A stretch of 44,161 nucleotides of DNA from a virus. Its lineage: Duplodnaviria; Caudoviricetes. The position numbers and the translations under genes are program-made. This document shows, piece by piece, positions 7,742 to 18,522 of this stretch; positions within the stretch are counted from its first letter, which is position 1; each line of letters begins with the position of its first letter. The stretch lies in IMG/VR virus record IMGVR_UViG_3300036806_000085, positions 1 to 44,161 of that record; one strand, 5' to 3'. Below the pieces are notes generated by a model. The model was given only the letters and a program-made list of their open reading frames with translations. It searched no databases and was not told where the DNA came from.

Positions 7742-9606
7742 GACGTCGACACTACGACCCAGCCGGGAATGTCGTGCGAATATCGGAGCACGATCGAGCC
7801 TTTCGCCGCGATCGTTACGTCCGCCCCCGTGGAACTGGTGATCCGATTCGCGGCCGCGGAGCTCGCGCTCGCGTTGGCGATCGTCATCACATGCGCGGAT
7901 GCGTTGAAAATCTGGACCAGACGGCCCGCGTAGTCCGCGACAAAGCCGGTGATCGTAAAATCAGCCGTCTCGCCGAAGATGCGGATAAACTCCATCCCGC
8001 CAAGGATCATGTTGACGAGTGGCAGCGCGACATCGTTGTTCGGCGTCGAGGAGAGCGCAAGCGTATTCTCCATCCCGAGGCTGTCGATCAGCGCCCCCGT
8101 GCCATGCCCAGAGCACCCGATCACGGTGATGAATCCGACCGAGTTGGACACACCCTGAATCTTGACCACGCCGCCCGACGTGCTGAGATACGCCCCGCGG
8201 ATCGTGAGGGCGTTGACGCCGATGATGCTGATGCACCCCTGCGCGTTCGTCTGGAGGAACAAACCGCCGGTCACCGAGCACGCCTCGGAGTTACCGACGC
8301 CCGTGCCAGAGTTGAAGGTCGTGTTCGTGTACTCCAAGAGTGGCGATCCAGAGCTCCCTTCCCACTCACCCCCGATAATCACATGTCCGAGCGCACCGGC
8401 CACGCGCACCTGCTTCGAGCACCCGTTGTAGTTGTTCGTGGCGAGTTCGTGCGCGTAGCCGCCATCATCCACGATACCCGCCACGCTGTTTGATTCGTTG
8501 ATCTGACAACGCTTGACTGAAATGCGGTTCGTGAACGCGCCACTGGCCCCGACAGTATGATCGGGACCGTTCACCAGCCAGATCGCGGCGCGCAGCTGAC
8601 TCTCGATGTTGCACAAGTCGATATCGCCGAGTTCGGTCTGATCAAAAATGACGCCGTAGTTGAACCCGCTGATGTGGACATTGAACAGCGAGACGAACGT
8701 GCCGCCGACATCGACATAGCCACCGCCGGTATTCGACCCGTTCGTGCAGACCAAGGCCAGATCACGGACGGAGGTTTTTGCGATATTCTGCACGTTGATC
8801 GTGCCGGGAAACTTGATGCCGTCGCCCGTCGTCGCCCACGTCAAGATGCTCATGGCCGGTGACTGTCCCTGCAGGATGACATTCGCCAGCATGGTCAGCG
8901 TCGCGCTGAACTTGTACGTGCCTGGGGGAACCAGTATCGTCCCGCCGCCGAGCCCGTGCACGTAGGTCATCGCCGCGGTGAACGCGGCCAGATTGTCGGT
9001 CGTGCTATCGCCGACGGCGCCGAAGTCTTTGACGGAGACGATTTCGGCCATCTTCGCATTGGCCGTTCGCTCCACCGCGCCAGTACCAGACTGCAGGAAG
9101 CCCGGATCCGCAATGACATCGGTGACGCCCTCGACTCCCAACCCATCACTGCGAACCCGCAGATAGTAGCTCGGCAGGAATGTCGAAATAACCGGATCCA
9201 CGTTTGCGGGAATCGATGGCACATGGAGCGCGAGCAGCGCGTCCGCCGCCAACTGTTGATCGACCATCATCCCGTAGTCGAGCGCATCTTCGTAATCCTC
9301 AGGGAAGAACTCGCCCTGATTGCGAAAGTCGGAGTCTTGCACCAGCGGAACGACGCGCTCGATCGTCAGCGTCCATCCGCTCGTCACGGCGTTCGTCGTC
9401 GTGATGCTCCCGCCATTCTTGGCCCCGATTCCGCCAGCGCTCACAGTGAAGTCTGCGGGATAGTTCAGCTGCGTCACGTTCCCGAGCAGATCCGTCGTGA
9501 ACACGTTCAGGTGCGTTGCGGCGAAGATTTTGTAGTTGAACGCGAACGGTCCCGTCGTTCCCGACCCGAGATAGTCGTTGCGCGTGTTCGTTGATGTGAC
9601 GGTCAT
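7738..9606 (-). CDS. Tail fibre/tailspike with beta-helix (pectate lyase-like) domain
   Basis: T7-gp17-like anchor (YLGSGTTGPFAFNYKIF...FRNQGEFFPEDYEDALD) followed by VSVKDFGAVGD...TILVPPGTY. Confidence 0.9.
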   Translation of the reverse strand: MTVTSTNTRNDYLGSGTTGPFAFNYKIFAATHLNVFTTDLLGNVTQLNYPADFTVSAGGIGAKNGGSITTTNAVTSGWTLTIERVVPLVQDSDFRNQGEFFPEDYEDALDYGMMVDQQLAADALLALHVPSIPANVDPVISTFLPSYYLRVRSDGLGVEGVTDVIADPGFLQSGTGAVERTANAKMAEIVSVKDFGAVGDSTTDNLAAFTAAMTYVHGLGGGTILVPPGTYKFSATLTMLANVILQGQSPAMSILTWATTGDGIKFPGTINVQNIAKTSVRDLALVCTNGSNTGGGYVDVGGTFVSLFNVHISGFNYGVIFDQTELGDIDLCNIESQLRAAIWLVNGPDHTVGASGAFTNRISVKRCQINESNSVAGIVDDGGYAHELATNNYNGCSKQVRVAGALGHVIIGGEWEGSSGSPLLEYTNTTFNSGTGVGNSEACSVTGGLFLQTNAQGCISIIGVNALTIRGAYLSTSGGVVKIQGVSNSVGFITVIGCSGHGTGALIDSLGMENTLALSSTPNNDVALPLVNMILGGMEFIRIFGETADFTITGFVADYAGRLVQIFNASAHVMTIANASASSAAANRITSSTGADVTIAAKGSIVLRYSHDIPGWVVVSTS

Positions 9607-12600
9607 TATCTCCCCCGTTGTCCCGTGATGAGTCCACGCGTGTAGTCGATCGGTCCGGTCGGCGTCGTCTTTCCTTGCTGCAGGTCCATCTGATAGCTGA
9701 TCGGCCGCGCCAACGTCTTCAGTGGCAGGTGCAGCAGCGTCCCGAAGAACCCGAGCGCATCCTTCACATCCTTCCCCGTGATTTGCTCGCCCGTGACCGC
9801 GCGATGCCCCGCGCGGAACGCGCCGGCTGATTCGTCAAGAAACGTTGCCGTCGGCGACGATAGCATGTTGTCGGCCGACGCGCCGGCGTGGTGGAACGCG
9901 AACTTCGCCGACTGCACCGCGACGTTGCCACCCGGCACGAACCGCGCGACGGCCTCGAACTGGCCCCAGCCCGCCCACTCCGCGAGCACGTCCGTCCAGG
10001 TCTCGTCGTCCTTCTTTTTCCGTCCGCCGATGACGTCGCGCGCCGCCGCACCCGAGACACTGAGCGCCAGCAGGCCGAACACGTACACCGCCGCCATCCG
10101 CTGTTTGCTGCTCTTCAGGCCCGCATCAGTCATGGTCTTCGCGAACGCGTCGGTGCCGAGCTGGTTGGCCTTCGCATTGAAGAATCCGTACAGCCCGAGC
10201 ATCGCCTTCTGCATGGCTGTGCCGCGCTGAATCTCGGCGATGTCTTCGGGGTTGTGGCCGCCAAGTCCTTCACGCACGACGTTGTCCGCGTAGTCGACCG
10301 CATCCTGTCCGTGGATCCCACGCTGTTCCGCCCGATCGCGCGCGCCCAACCAGACCGCCTTGTCCATCAGCGAACTCATGACGTTCGACACGAAGCCGAC
10401 GCCGTGCGCCGCAAACTCCTGCATCGTCCGCAGCTTCGACGGGTCCATGATGTCCTTGTACTGGACTTCCGCCGCGCGCAGCCGGGCGTGGTCGCGCGTC
10501 GCGATCGTCGCCGACGCTTCGTGGATCATGTCCGTCAGTTTGTTCGGCGACAACACGATGCGCGCCGCGGCGCCGGCGACGTCGTGATAGTAGACGCGGG
10601 CCTTGTTGTCCGGCGTGCGCATCGCCTGCAGCGCCGACGTGTGTAGCACCTGCTCGGCGAGAATGACCAGGTTGGCGCCGACCACCTGCTGCATCGCACC
10701 CTGCCGGACGTAGTTGATGGCACGCGAGAACGCCTTGCCGATCGCCGTGGTTTCCGGTGCGCTCGAGCGCTGGCTGGATGCGGCGCGCAGGAAGGGAATC
10801 AGCGCGTCCGAAATCATCGCCGGATTCACGCCGGCCATCGCTTCGCGGAAGTCCCGATGGTTGAAGACCTTGAAGACTTCGCGGACCGGCGGCGCCATGT
10901 GGATGTACTTCAGGACCGCGTCCAAGTGCCGCGGAAACTGGCCGGCGTCCATCACCAGCGGCCACGTCTTGCCCGTGCGGGTCTTCGTCATTCCGCTGGC
11001 CGGCTGCGTCATCAGGAACTTGCCGTCGGTGCCGAGCAGCTGGTCTTCGCTCGCGCGCATCGCGTTCTCAATCTCGGCGCCGCCTGCGACGTTCGTGTCG
11101 CCGATCGCCGGATAGTAGCCGCCTTCATAAGTGCCGAACGGCGTCTCAAACGGGGTGTGGCCGACTTCCTTCATGTATCGCGCGTTCACCGCGTAGTACG
11201 CCTTCTGCAGTTCCGGCTTCAGTTCCTCGAAGTAGTCCCATGATGACTGCAGCCAGTCGTAATCGGCCTTCGTGAGAATCTTTTCTTTCTGCATCCGGCG
11301 CACGAACGCATCCCAGTTACCGCGATCGAGGACGCCATTCTCGTCGATCGTGCCCCAGCCACGGCCGACGATCAACTTGACCAGGTTGCTCGCGGCGCCT
11401 TCCGCGTTCCCGGTGTGCAGCATGGCGCCGAGCAGTTCCGCCCGATCCTTGAACGTGTAGCCGCCGAGTTCGTGCGCGATCAGGTCGTGCACTTCCGGCA
11501 GTCCGCGCAGCGCTTCCGTGGTCTTCGCGACGCGCTCGAGCACGTCGGTCTTGTGGCCGCGGTACTTGTTCGTGGCGTTGAACACTTCGCGTACGACCTT
11601 CGACAGCGGCCCCAGCACGTTGAGCCCGTCCATGAATCGCGCCCACGACTCCACGCGGCGCGCGCCGGCCTCGAAGCTGAGCGCCGTGTTCGCCAACTTA
11701 TCGGTCGGATCAAGCGACTTCTTCACGCCGCGCGCCGCGACCCGTTCGTTCTTCCGGTCGACGACTTCCTGAACGATCGGCGCTAGGACGTCGGCGAGCT
11801 CCTGCACCTTGCCGTCCATGACCACCTGCTTCGCTTTGCGTGCCAGCGTCCACAGCTGGTCGACGGTCTCGCGAAGTTCCGTGAATTGGTCCGTCGTCAG
11901 ATCGCGGTAGTCGCGGATCCCGAGATTCCGGACGTCTTCCGTGATGGCCTGCACGTTCTCGTAGGCGTCCGGCGCGTACTCCTTGACCATCGAGAGATAC
12001 GACGTGGCACCCTTGTCGCTCGACCCGATGCCGAGTTCCGCCAGCATCGCGCGCGCGCCGTTCACAAAGTTCAGGTCGTACGCTTTCTCGAGCCGCGCGT
12101 CTGACAGGAAGACATCCTTGAACTCGTCCAGTGACTTCTCGAACTGCGCCTTCGCGTCCGTGGCCGCATCGAAGACGGCCGTCGCCATCCGCTCTTTCTC
12201 TTTGGCGTCGAGTGCGCCCTGAAAGTCGCCAGCAAGAAACTTGTCCGTCGACTCGCGGTGCGCGCGCTCAGCCGCTTTCTCGAACAGGTCCGGCCGGATG
12301 TCGCGCACCTTCGTCGAGCCGATGACCGAATCGGCCTGCTTCCGCACTTCCTCGTCGGGTGCCGCGCGCCGGTTCAGCTTCTTCACCAGCCCCTTGAACG
12401 CGGCGAAGTCGTCCGACGCCAGGTGCTCGGCTTCCAGTTTCAGCAGTTGTGCGCGCTTCACGCCACCGCGCACTGCCTCGACCGCGGCTTCTTTGATGTC
12501 GGGCACCGACGGCTGCTCGCCATGCTCGTCCCGCATCCGCTGATCCGTGAGGAAGTCGATCAGGGTGTTCTTGTTCCCAGCCTTCGACAGCGCGTCGACC

Positions 12601-15600
12601 AGCTCGCGGCCGTTCGCGAAGCCGAACATGTCGGCCACGACGCCCGCGTTCACGCCGCCCTTCTCGGCCGTCGCGAGAATCCCCCGCGGGAGTGACGCGG
12701 CGAACTCCGGTCCGTACGTCGCGACGATCGACTCCTTATTCAACTTCAGCTTCGGCGCGTCCGCCGGCAGGTCCGTCCCGTCCGGCGCCTTGCCGCGCAA
12801 GTAGTCGAGCGCCTTGTAGACCGGACGGTTGCCGACCTCTGCGCCGATTTCCGCACGCATCGGATCGCGCCACGCCTTCCACTCGGCCGACTGCTCGCGC
12901 ACGATGTCGCGCGTCATCTTCTGGCTGAGTTCTTCTTCGGCGGACTGGTGCGCATCGGCGATCGCCTTCCGGTAGCGGTCCGCCTGGTCCGCATTCATGC
13001 CAGCGGACGCGGGATCCCCGTACAGCGGTTCGACGTTCGCCGTGCGCTCGGCGTCCGCAATCTCTTCCTTCGACGCGAGCAGGCGATCGAAGACGCCGCG
13101 GACTTCCGGCGTGAGGTCGACGCCCAGCGCGCGCACGTTCTTGTAGATGTCGAGCAGCCAGTTCTTGAACCGGAAGAACGCCGTCTTCAGGGTAGCGCTC
13201 GGTGCCTTGCCTTCCATCAGGTACGCTTCAAACCCGCGCGCAAACTGTTCGTGCTGCTCGCGGGTGAACGGCTTGTCACCCTCGGCGCCGACCCATTCGC
13301 GAATCGTTTGGTAGTCGGCCTTCAGGTCTTCCGTTGCGCTCGGCGCTTTCGCCAGATCGCCCAGAACTTCGAGATAGAAGTGTCCCGTTTCATGGATGAA
13401 GGTTGAGCGGTCTGCGTTCTTCAGTAGCTCGATGCGGAACTCGCGGCCATCGCCGAACGTGATGCGACCGCGCGCCGCCTGATGCAAGATGTTCGGATCG
13501 TTCGGATCGAACGCGCCCGTGTTGCCCGTCGAACTCTTGATCTGTTCCGGTTTGAATACGACGTAGTGATCGGCTACGACGTTCGAGAGTCCCGCCGCGT
13601 CATCAAGGTTCCGGATGATGACGCCGTCCTTTCCATCCGCTTTCGCCTTCCTAATAAGTTCGGTCAGACTGCCTTCAAAGCCAGCGAAACTTTCGCCTTT
13701 CGCGTCGACAACGGCCGGCTTCTTCATCGACAGGTATACCGGCACCACATTCTGCCCACGCATCCGACTTTCGGTGTCCGCTCGGAACTGCGCTTCGAGC
13801 TTTTCGTACTCCTCGACTTTCGCATCGTGCGTCTGCCAATCGCCGCGCTTTTCGGCAGCGTCGGCTTCTTCCATAATCTTCAGCACCGCATTGTCCGTCG
13901 CGGCGTAGTGCGCGTAACTGTCGGCAACGCGCGGGCTGTCGGTAAAGAAAAATCCGATCTTCGCGCTATTTGCGCGCGTCGTGTCGCCAAGCTTACCAGC
14001 ATCGAACTCGGAGAAATCGCCGACCGTGCCGTGATAGACCTCGAGCGGCGTCCCGTCATCCTTCACGACTTTCGACTTGCCAAACCACTTCTTGAACTCT
14101 GGCGTCTCCGTGACGACTGGCTTCGCCGCCTGGTTGAACTCGAAGCCGGTAGGTTCCTGATTCACCGCGTTGCGCGTGCCCGACATGTACGCTTCCGCGT
14201 GATCCATGCCCCGCTTCGTCATCTCGGCTTCGAGCTTCGCGATCGTCTTGGCGCGCGCCGCGATGCGGCCCATCGCCTTCATCGCCCCCGGCTTTAGGCC
14301 GGTCCACGTTGCGCCTGTCCCGGTGTCGATCGCGGACGGGGCCGTATTCTCCACGGCGTTCGCGTCGATCAGCAACTTGTACTCGTTCGCGAGTTCTTCC
14401 GGCGTCGCCTTCGCCAGATTCTTCAGCCGACCGCTCGCCGTCCGTGGCCGTGCCAGTTCCGCCGCCTGCGGTGATCCCTCCTCTTCGTTCAGTCGCGCCG
14501 CTTCGGCTTCATCCGAGAACGTCGGCGTGATGCTCTCGATGAACTTCGCGCGCCCCTTCGCCGTTTCTGCGACCGCCGGTTCCGCGCTCTTGGCTTGGAC
14601 GTCGAGCTCGGCCTTCGCGGTCCCGAGTGTCGCTTCCTGCGCGCTCGCCGCCTCTGCCGCGCGCCTCGCCGTCTCGAGCTTCGCGGTGGCTTCCGGGGTC
14701 GGTTCGAGCGGCCCGCGCCCGATGGTGAGCCCGTAGCGGTTGAAGAGTTCGCGCGCGCTGACGTTCGCCCGTTCGCCTAGATTGCGAAACGCCGACTCGT
14801 AGAGTTGCGCCTGCGCTTTCGCGGCGCCCGGCCCGACGCCCGCCTTCACCAGCTGATCTTCGACGTCCGCGCGCACCTGCGCTGCGGACTGTTCCATCGG
14901 CTCCTGCTCACCCTTCGCCTGCTTCGTCGCTTCGTCCGCCAGTTCCGTCATCGTCGCCGGAAGCGACTGCAAATACTCCTGCGCTTCGCGGAACGACATC
15001 CCGTCCGGTCGCGTGCGCGCAACGTCGAGCAGCCCATCGAAGTGCTCCGTCGGCGCGACCTTCGTGATGTAGTCGGACAGCGGAATCGCGAGCCTGGCGC
15101 CGGTGGCCTGCGCATCGTGGTACGCTTTGCCGTCGTCGCCCATGATGTCGGCCGCGGCCTTCGCCGGTGACGCGCCGCGGTCCGACCAGTACTTATCCCA
15201 CTCGCCGGACTGGAAGTACACCGTCGCCGCGTCCTGCCCGCCCGTGGCCGTCTCGATCAGGCTCTTCAGGCGGTCCGGTACCGATGCTGTCGTGCCAGCG
15301 TCGTTGACTGCCCGGCCGACCTCGGCGAGTACCTGCGCGTCGTGTTGCGCGCGCATCGCATCTTCGGCCTGATCGGTCGCCTGCGCCGCTGCGGCAGCGG
15401 TCTCCGGGTGAAGCATCGCGCGCCGGCTGGCGCCGACCGCCTCCTCCGCGCCGCCGAACGCCAGCATTTGCAAGGTGGTCGAGATAGCGCGCGCCGGATC
15501 AACCGGCTCCCCGATCGCCGCCTTTCCCGCCTCCGTACCGGCAGCGACACCAACGGCAGGAGCCGCAATCGCCGCAGTCTTCGCGCCGACCTTCGCCACA

Positions 15601-16817
15601 ACGCTCGCGTCCTCGCCAGCGAGTCCAGCCGCCTTCGCACCGATGATGTTGAACAGGGTCATCACTGCGGCGGACGTGAGCCCTGCTTTCGTCGCCTTGC
15701 TGCGGATGTCCGACATCAACTGGTGATCACCGAGCGCCTTTTCGACGGCCGCTGGATCAGCCAGATCAACGCCACGCTTGGTGAACTCTTGCTCGATTTC
15801 GGACGCGATACCAACCCCGGACGCGCCAACGAACGTGCCGGCGATCCCGCCAGCCACGTTCCCGACCACCGGCACTTCACTTCCCGCCGCAGTGCCGAGT
15901 GCCGTTCCCGCGAGGATCGGCGCCATCGACGCCAAGCTCTCGACGTTCTGATACGCGAAGCCCTTCACGCGGTTCAGTCCGGCGACGTGCGCACCAATGA
16001 GGCTGATGGTTTCCCCCAGCGTGTTCGCCGCCGCGGGGTCCACGGCCATCGGCTGGTTCCCGGCGATCGCCTGGCCGAAGTTCACCAGCGCGTTGAGAAT
16101 CCCAGCCTTCCGCGCCGGACCGTTTCCGGCCATGACCGCAGACCGCGCCGCGTCCAAATCGCCTTCGTGCTGCTGAATCGCTGCTGCATACTCCTTTGCA
16201 TATGCAGGAGCTTGTTCGCGGAGCGAGTTCGAACGCACCTTCGCGGCGGCAATGTCGGCTGCGGCTTGCGCTGGCGTGGCGTGTCCGAACGCCGCGGCGA
16301 GCAGGTGCGTCGAGAGCACGAGGTCCGACATGCCGGTGGCGATAGCATTTCCCGTCGCATCCAGCGGCCCCGCGTTCTCGTCGTCGATCTTTGACGGCGG
16401 CGTGAGCAACTTGGCGCCGCGATCAACCTGCGCGAGCGGCGCAATTTCATGCTTCGCGATCGAGGCGTTGTCCGGGTCGGACAGCCAGTTCCGGAGTGTC
16501 GGACTGACACTATCTATCTGGTACTGCGTCGAGTGCTGGTCCTGCGCCTTCGCGAGTTCGTCGTAGTTCTCGTCGACAAACGCTGGCGACATGTTGAGCC
16601 GGCCAGCCAGATCCAGCACTTTCGCGTGCCGTTGGGGGTCTTTCTGCGCCGCAACGAACGCGGCGCTCGCCGTTTCCGGTGACGGCGTTACGACGGGCTG
16701 TTGGACGCGCGGGCGCTGAACGACCGGCGACGGCGTCCCTTGCACTGGCGCCGCTGGCGCTGGCTCGTCTTCTACGGCCGCGCCGCCGACGGGCACCGCG
16801 AGGTCTTCACCGGCCAC
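9606..16817 (-). CDS. Giant internal virion (ejection) polyvalent protein with ADP-ribosyltransferase-like and HExxH metallopeptidase-like domains
   Basis: 2403 aa in the T7 gp16 position. Motifs FKKWFGKSKVV...VYHGT...GFFFTD...DGVII...VFKPEQIKS and STFIHETGHF...HEQFARGFEAYL. Confidence 0.85.
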   Translation of the reverse strand: MAGEDLAVPVGGAAVEDEPAPAAPVQGTPSPVVQRPRVQQPVVTPSPETASAAFVAAQKDPQRHAKVLDLAGRLNMSPAFVDENYDELAKAQDQHSTQYQIDSVSPTLRNWLSDPDNASIAKHEIAPLAQVDRGAKLLTPPSKIDDENAGPLDATGNAIATGMSDLVLSTHLLAAAFGHATPAQAAADIAAAKVRSNSLREQAPAYAKEYAAAIQQHEGDLDAARSAVMAGNGPARKAGILNALVNFGQAIAGNQPMAVDPAAANTLGETISLIGAHVAGLNRVKGFAYQNVESLASMAPILAGTALGTAAGSEVPVVGNVAGGIAGTFVGASGVGIASEIEQEFTKRGVDLADPAAVEKALGDHQLMSDIRSKATKAGLTSAAVMTLFNIIGAKAAGLAGEDASVVAKVGAKTAAIAAPAVGVAAGTEAGKAAIGEPVDPARAISTTLQMLAFGGAEEAVGASRRAMLHPETAAAAAQATDQAEDAMRAQHDAQVLAEVGRAVNDAGTTASVPDRLKSLIETATGGQDAATVYFQSGEWDKYWSDRGASPAKAAADIMGDDGKAYHDAQATGARLAIPLSDYITKVAPTEHFDGLLDVARTRPDGMSFREAQEYLQSLPATMTELADEATKQAKGEQEPMEQSAAQVRADVEDQLVKAGVGPGAAKAQAQLYESAFRNLGERANVSARELFNRYGLTIGRGPLEPTPEATAKLETARRAAEAASAQEATLGTAKAELDVQAKSAEPAVAETAKGRAKFIESITPTFSDEAEAARLNEEEGSPQAAELARPRTASGRLKNLAKATPEELANEYKLLIDANAVENTAPSAIDTGTGATWTGLKPGAMKAMGRIAARAKTIAKLEAEMTKRGMDHAEAYMSGTRNAVNQEPTGFEFNQAAKPVVTETPEFKKWFGKSKVVKDDGTPLEVYHGTVGDFSEFDAGKLGDTTRANSAKIGFFFTDSPRVADSYAHYAATDNAVLKIMEEADAAEKRGDWQTHDAKVEEYEKLEAQFRADTESRMRGQNVVPVYLSMKKPAVVDAKGESFAGFEGSLTELIRKAKADGKDGVIIRNLDDAAGLSNVVADHYVVFKPEQIKSSTGNTGAFDPNDPNILHQAARGRITFGDGREFRIELLKNADRSTFIHETGHFYLEVLGDLAKAPSATEDLKADYQTIREWVGAEGDKPFTREQHEQFARGFEAYLMEGKAPSATLKTAFFRFKNWLLDIYKNVRALGVDLTPEVRGVFDRLLASKEEIADAERTANVEPLYGDPASAGMNADQADRYRKAIADAHQSAEEELSQKMTRDIVREQSAEWKAWRDPMRAEIGAEVGNRPVYKALDYLRGKAPDGTDLPADAPKLKLNKESIVATYGPEFAASLPRGILATAEKGGVNAGVVADMFGFANGRELVDALSKAGNKNTLIDFLTDQRMRDEHGEQPSVPDIKEAAVEAVRGGVKRAQLLKLEAEHLASDDFAAFKGLVKKLNRRAAPDEEVRKQADSVIGSTKVRDIRPDLFEKAAERAHRESTDKFLAGDFQGALDAKEKERMATAVFDAATDAKAQFEKSLDEFKDVFLSDARLEKAYDLNFVNGARAMLAELGIGSSDKGATSYLSMVKEYAPDAYENVQAITEDVRNLGIRDYRDLTTDQFTELRETVDQLWTLARKAKQVVMDGKVQELADVLAPIVQEVVDRKNERVAARGVKKSLDPTDKLANTALSFEAGARRVESWARFMDGLNVLGPLSKVVREVFNATNKYRGHKTDVLERVAKTTEALRGLPEVHDLIAHELGGYTFKDRAELLGAMLHTGNAEGAASNLVKLIVGRGWGTIDENGVLDRGNWDAFVRRMQKEKILTKADYDWLQSSWDYFEELKPELQKAYYAVNARYMKEVGHTPFETPFGTYEGGYYPAIGDTNVAGGAEIENAMRASEDQLLGTDGKFLMTQPASGMTKTRTGKTWPLVMDAGQFPRHLDAVLKYIHMAPPVREVFKVFNHRDFREAMAGVNPAMISDALIPFLRAASSQRSSAPETTAIGKAFSRAINYVRQGAMQQVVGANLVILAEQVLHTSALQAMRTPDNKARVYYHDVAGAAARIVLSPNKLTDMIHEASATIATRDHARLRAAEVQYKDIMDPSKLRTMQEFAAHGVGFVSNVMSSLMDKAVWLGARDRAEQRGIHGQDAVDYADNVVREGLGGHNPEDIAEIQRGTAMQKAMLGLYGFFNAKANQLGTDAFAKTMTDAGLKSSKQRMAAVYVFGLLALSVSGAAARDVIGGRKKKDDETWTDVLAEWAGWGQFEAVARFVPGGNVAVQSAKFAFHHAGASADNMLSSPTATFLDESAGAFRAGHRAVTGEQITGKDVKDALGFFGTLLHLPLKTLARPISYQMDLQQGKTTPTGPIDYTRGLITGQRGR

Positions 16818-18519
16818 GCGGCTTCAGCCTCATCAGCGACGCTTTATATGCGGCGACCACGGCGTCATCGGTGAGCGGCATCCCCGCTGTCCGCAACTGC
16901 TGCACGATCGCCCGATAGTCGGCGCGCGGGATGTCCTTCGCGGTAATGACGAGCGACTGGTCGCTGGTCATCTGGTCCACGCGAGCGTTCGTCTGTTTCG
17001 TGTTCGACACGCCAGGAATCCATGACACCCACGGCGAGCGCGGTTCCGAGACGATGTGTTGGGTGAGCACTTCGTTCGTCATCTGCGTGACTTCTGCTGC
17101 TGTCGCCGGCCGCTTGGTGTGCTGCTCGAAGTCTTCGACCTGCTGGTTGATCGCCTGCTTCAGTTGATTCACCGTGGCGGCGTCTTCTTTCTTGGCCCCC
17201 GGATTCAAGCCGGGCCCGAGCCCAGCGCCGCGCAAGGCGCCTTCGACGATCTGATCGTTCGTGAACACGCCGTTCAGCTTGCGCTCGACGGCCGGATCGC
17301 TCTTCAGCAAACCGCCCTGCAGTTCGTTGAAGTGTTTGGCGTCGGCGTCGGACAACTTTGAGACGTAGCTGTTTAGGTCGAGCTTGATCGCGGCGTCGCG
17401 CGTCGCGGGATTGCTGAACATTTTCGTCAGATCGCCGTACGTGCGAAGGTCCGTCTGCACCGGCACGCGCTCGTTGACCGAGGTTGCGAACCGCTTCAGC
17501 GCTTCCTGATTCTCCGCACTCATGCCGACCAGCATGGCCGGCGGAACGCTGTTGAAGTTCCCTGTTTGCCGGATGATGTCCGTGGCGGTCTGCATCGTCT
17601 TCGCAGCGACCTCGCGCGCGTTGTCATCCTTCTGCGACCAGAGTCGCGCGACTTCCGCGCGCGCCAACGCCTGCACCTTCGGATCATCGATCTTGTCGAC
17701 CGCGTCCAGCGCCTCCCCGCGCGTCGTGGTGGTCGTCATGATCGTCCGTGCCTGACGCTGCGCCTCGCCGCGCGAGGATCCAATCTCGAGCGCGCGATCA
17801 ACCTGCGTGGCTTCTGGTCCTTCGATCTGATCCTTGACCGCGTCGTAGTACTCCTTGGCGGAAATATCCTGATCGTTGGCCAACAGCCGGTCGATGACGG
17901 CGACGTGCGTCTTGCTCGCCGCCTCGAGGGTGTGCGCGTCGACCCACTCCTTCGGCAACCCGTTTCGGTTCGCGTGGTCTCGAATTGCGGCTTGCTGATT
18001 CTGAATGGACAGCGCGACGCGCTGCGGGTCGGTGTAGTTCTGCACGGCGGCGTTCGCTTCACTCGCCAGGTACGAGTTCGTCCGGTCATCATCCACGACC
18101 CGACGCTGCGTGGCGACGTGGTTTTGTACGACGCCGTCGAGCGACGACCAGTGCGACTGCACGATGTTCGCGAACGCGAGCTTCTGGTCATCATTCGTGA
18201 GCGACGAACCAATCTTCGAGACGGTGTCGTTCCACGCTTTCTGCACGTCCTCTGGCGCCGTGAACGCGTTCGTGCCGAGCTGCGATCGCACATGCGTCGA
18301 CAGGTCGGTCTCGAGTTGAGACACCTGACTGGCCGCGCCGAGTACGGCAACCTGATCAGCCTTCCGCTTCTCGTCTTGCCAGATCGCATGGAACTGATCG
18401 GCGAGCCCGGAACCATCGGGCACCGCTGGCGCCGCGCCGAACGCTTCCGGCGATGTCCGCACATCGGTCAACGGCCGTGTCGCAACGGCCGAGTCTCGAT
18501 CGATCGGTACGGTAGGCAT
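16807..18519 (-). CDS. Internal virion (ejection) protein, gp15-like position
   Basis: 570-aa helical protein with MPTVP start and FGA motif. Synteny. Confidence 0.7.
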   Translation of the reverse strand: MPTVPIDRDSAVATRPLTDVRTSPEAFGAAPAVPDGSGLADQFHAIWQDEKRKADQVAVLGAASQVSQLETDLSTHVRSQLGTNAFTAPEDVQKAWNDTVSKIGSSLTNDDQKLAFANIVQSHWSSLDGVVQNHVATQRRVVDDDRTNSYLASEANAAVQNYTDPQRVALSIQNQQAAIRDHANRNGLPKEWVDAHTLEAASKTHVAVIDRLLANDQDISAKEYYDAVKDQIEGPEATQVDRALEIGSSRGEAQRQARTIMTTTTTRGEALDAVDKIDDPKVQALARAEVARLWSQKDDNAREVAAKTMQTATDIIRQTGNFNSVPPAMLVGMSAENQEALKRFATSVNERVPVQTDLRTYGDLTKMFSNPATRDAAIKLDLNSYVSKLSDADAKHFNELQGGLLKSDPAVERKLNGVFTNDQIVEGALRGAGLGPGLNPGAKKEDAATVNQLKQAINQQVEDFEQHTKRPATAAEVTQMTNEVLTQHIVSEPRSPWVSWIPGVSNTKQTNARVDQMTSDQSLVITAKDIPRADYRAIVQQLRTAGMPLTDDAVVAAYKASLMRLKPRGR

Positions 18520-18522
18520 CGG

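Noticed and set aside
7738-9606. BPP-1-style diversity-generating retroelement acting on the tail fibre
   Set aside because: No reverse transcriptase or avd gene, and I saw no template/variable repeat pair.
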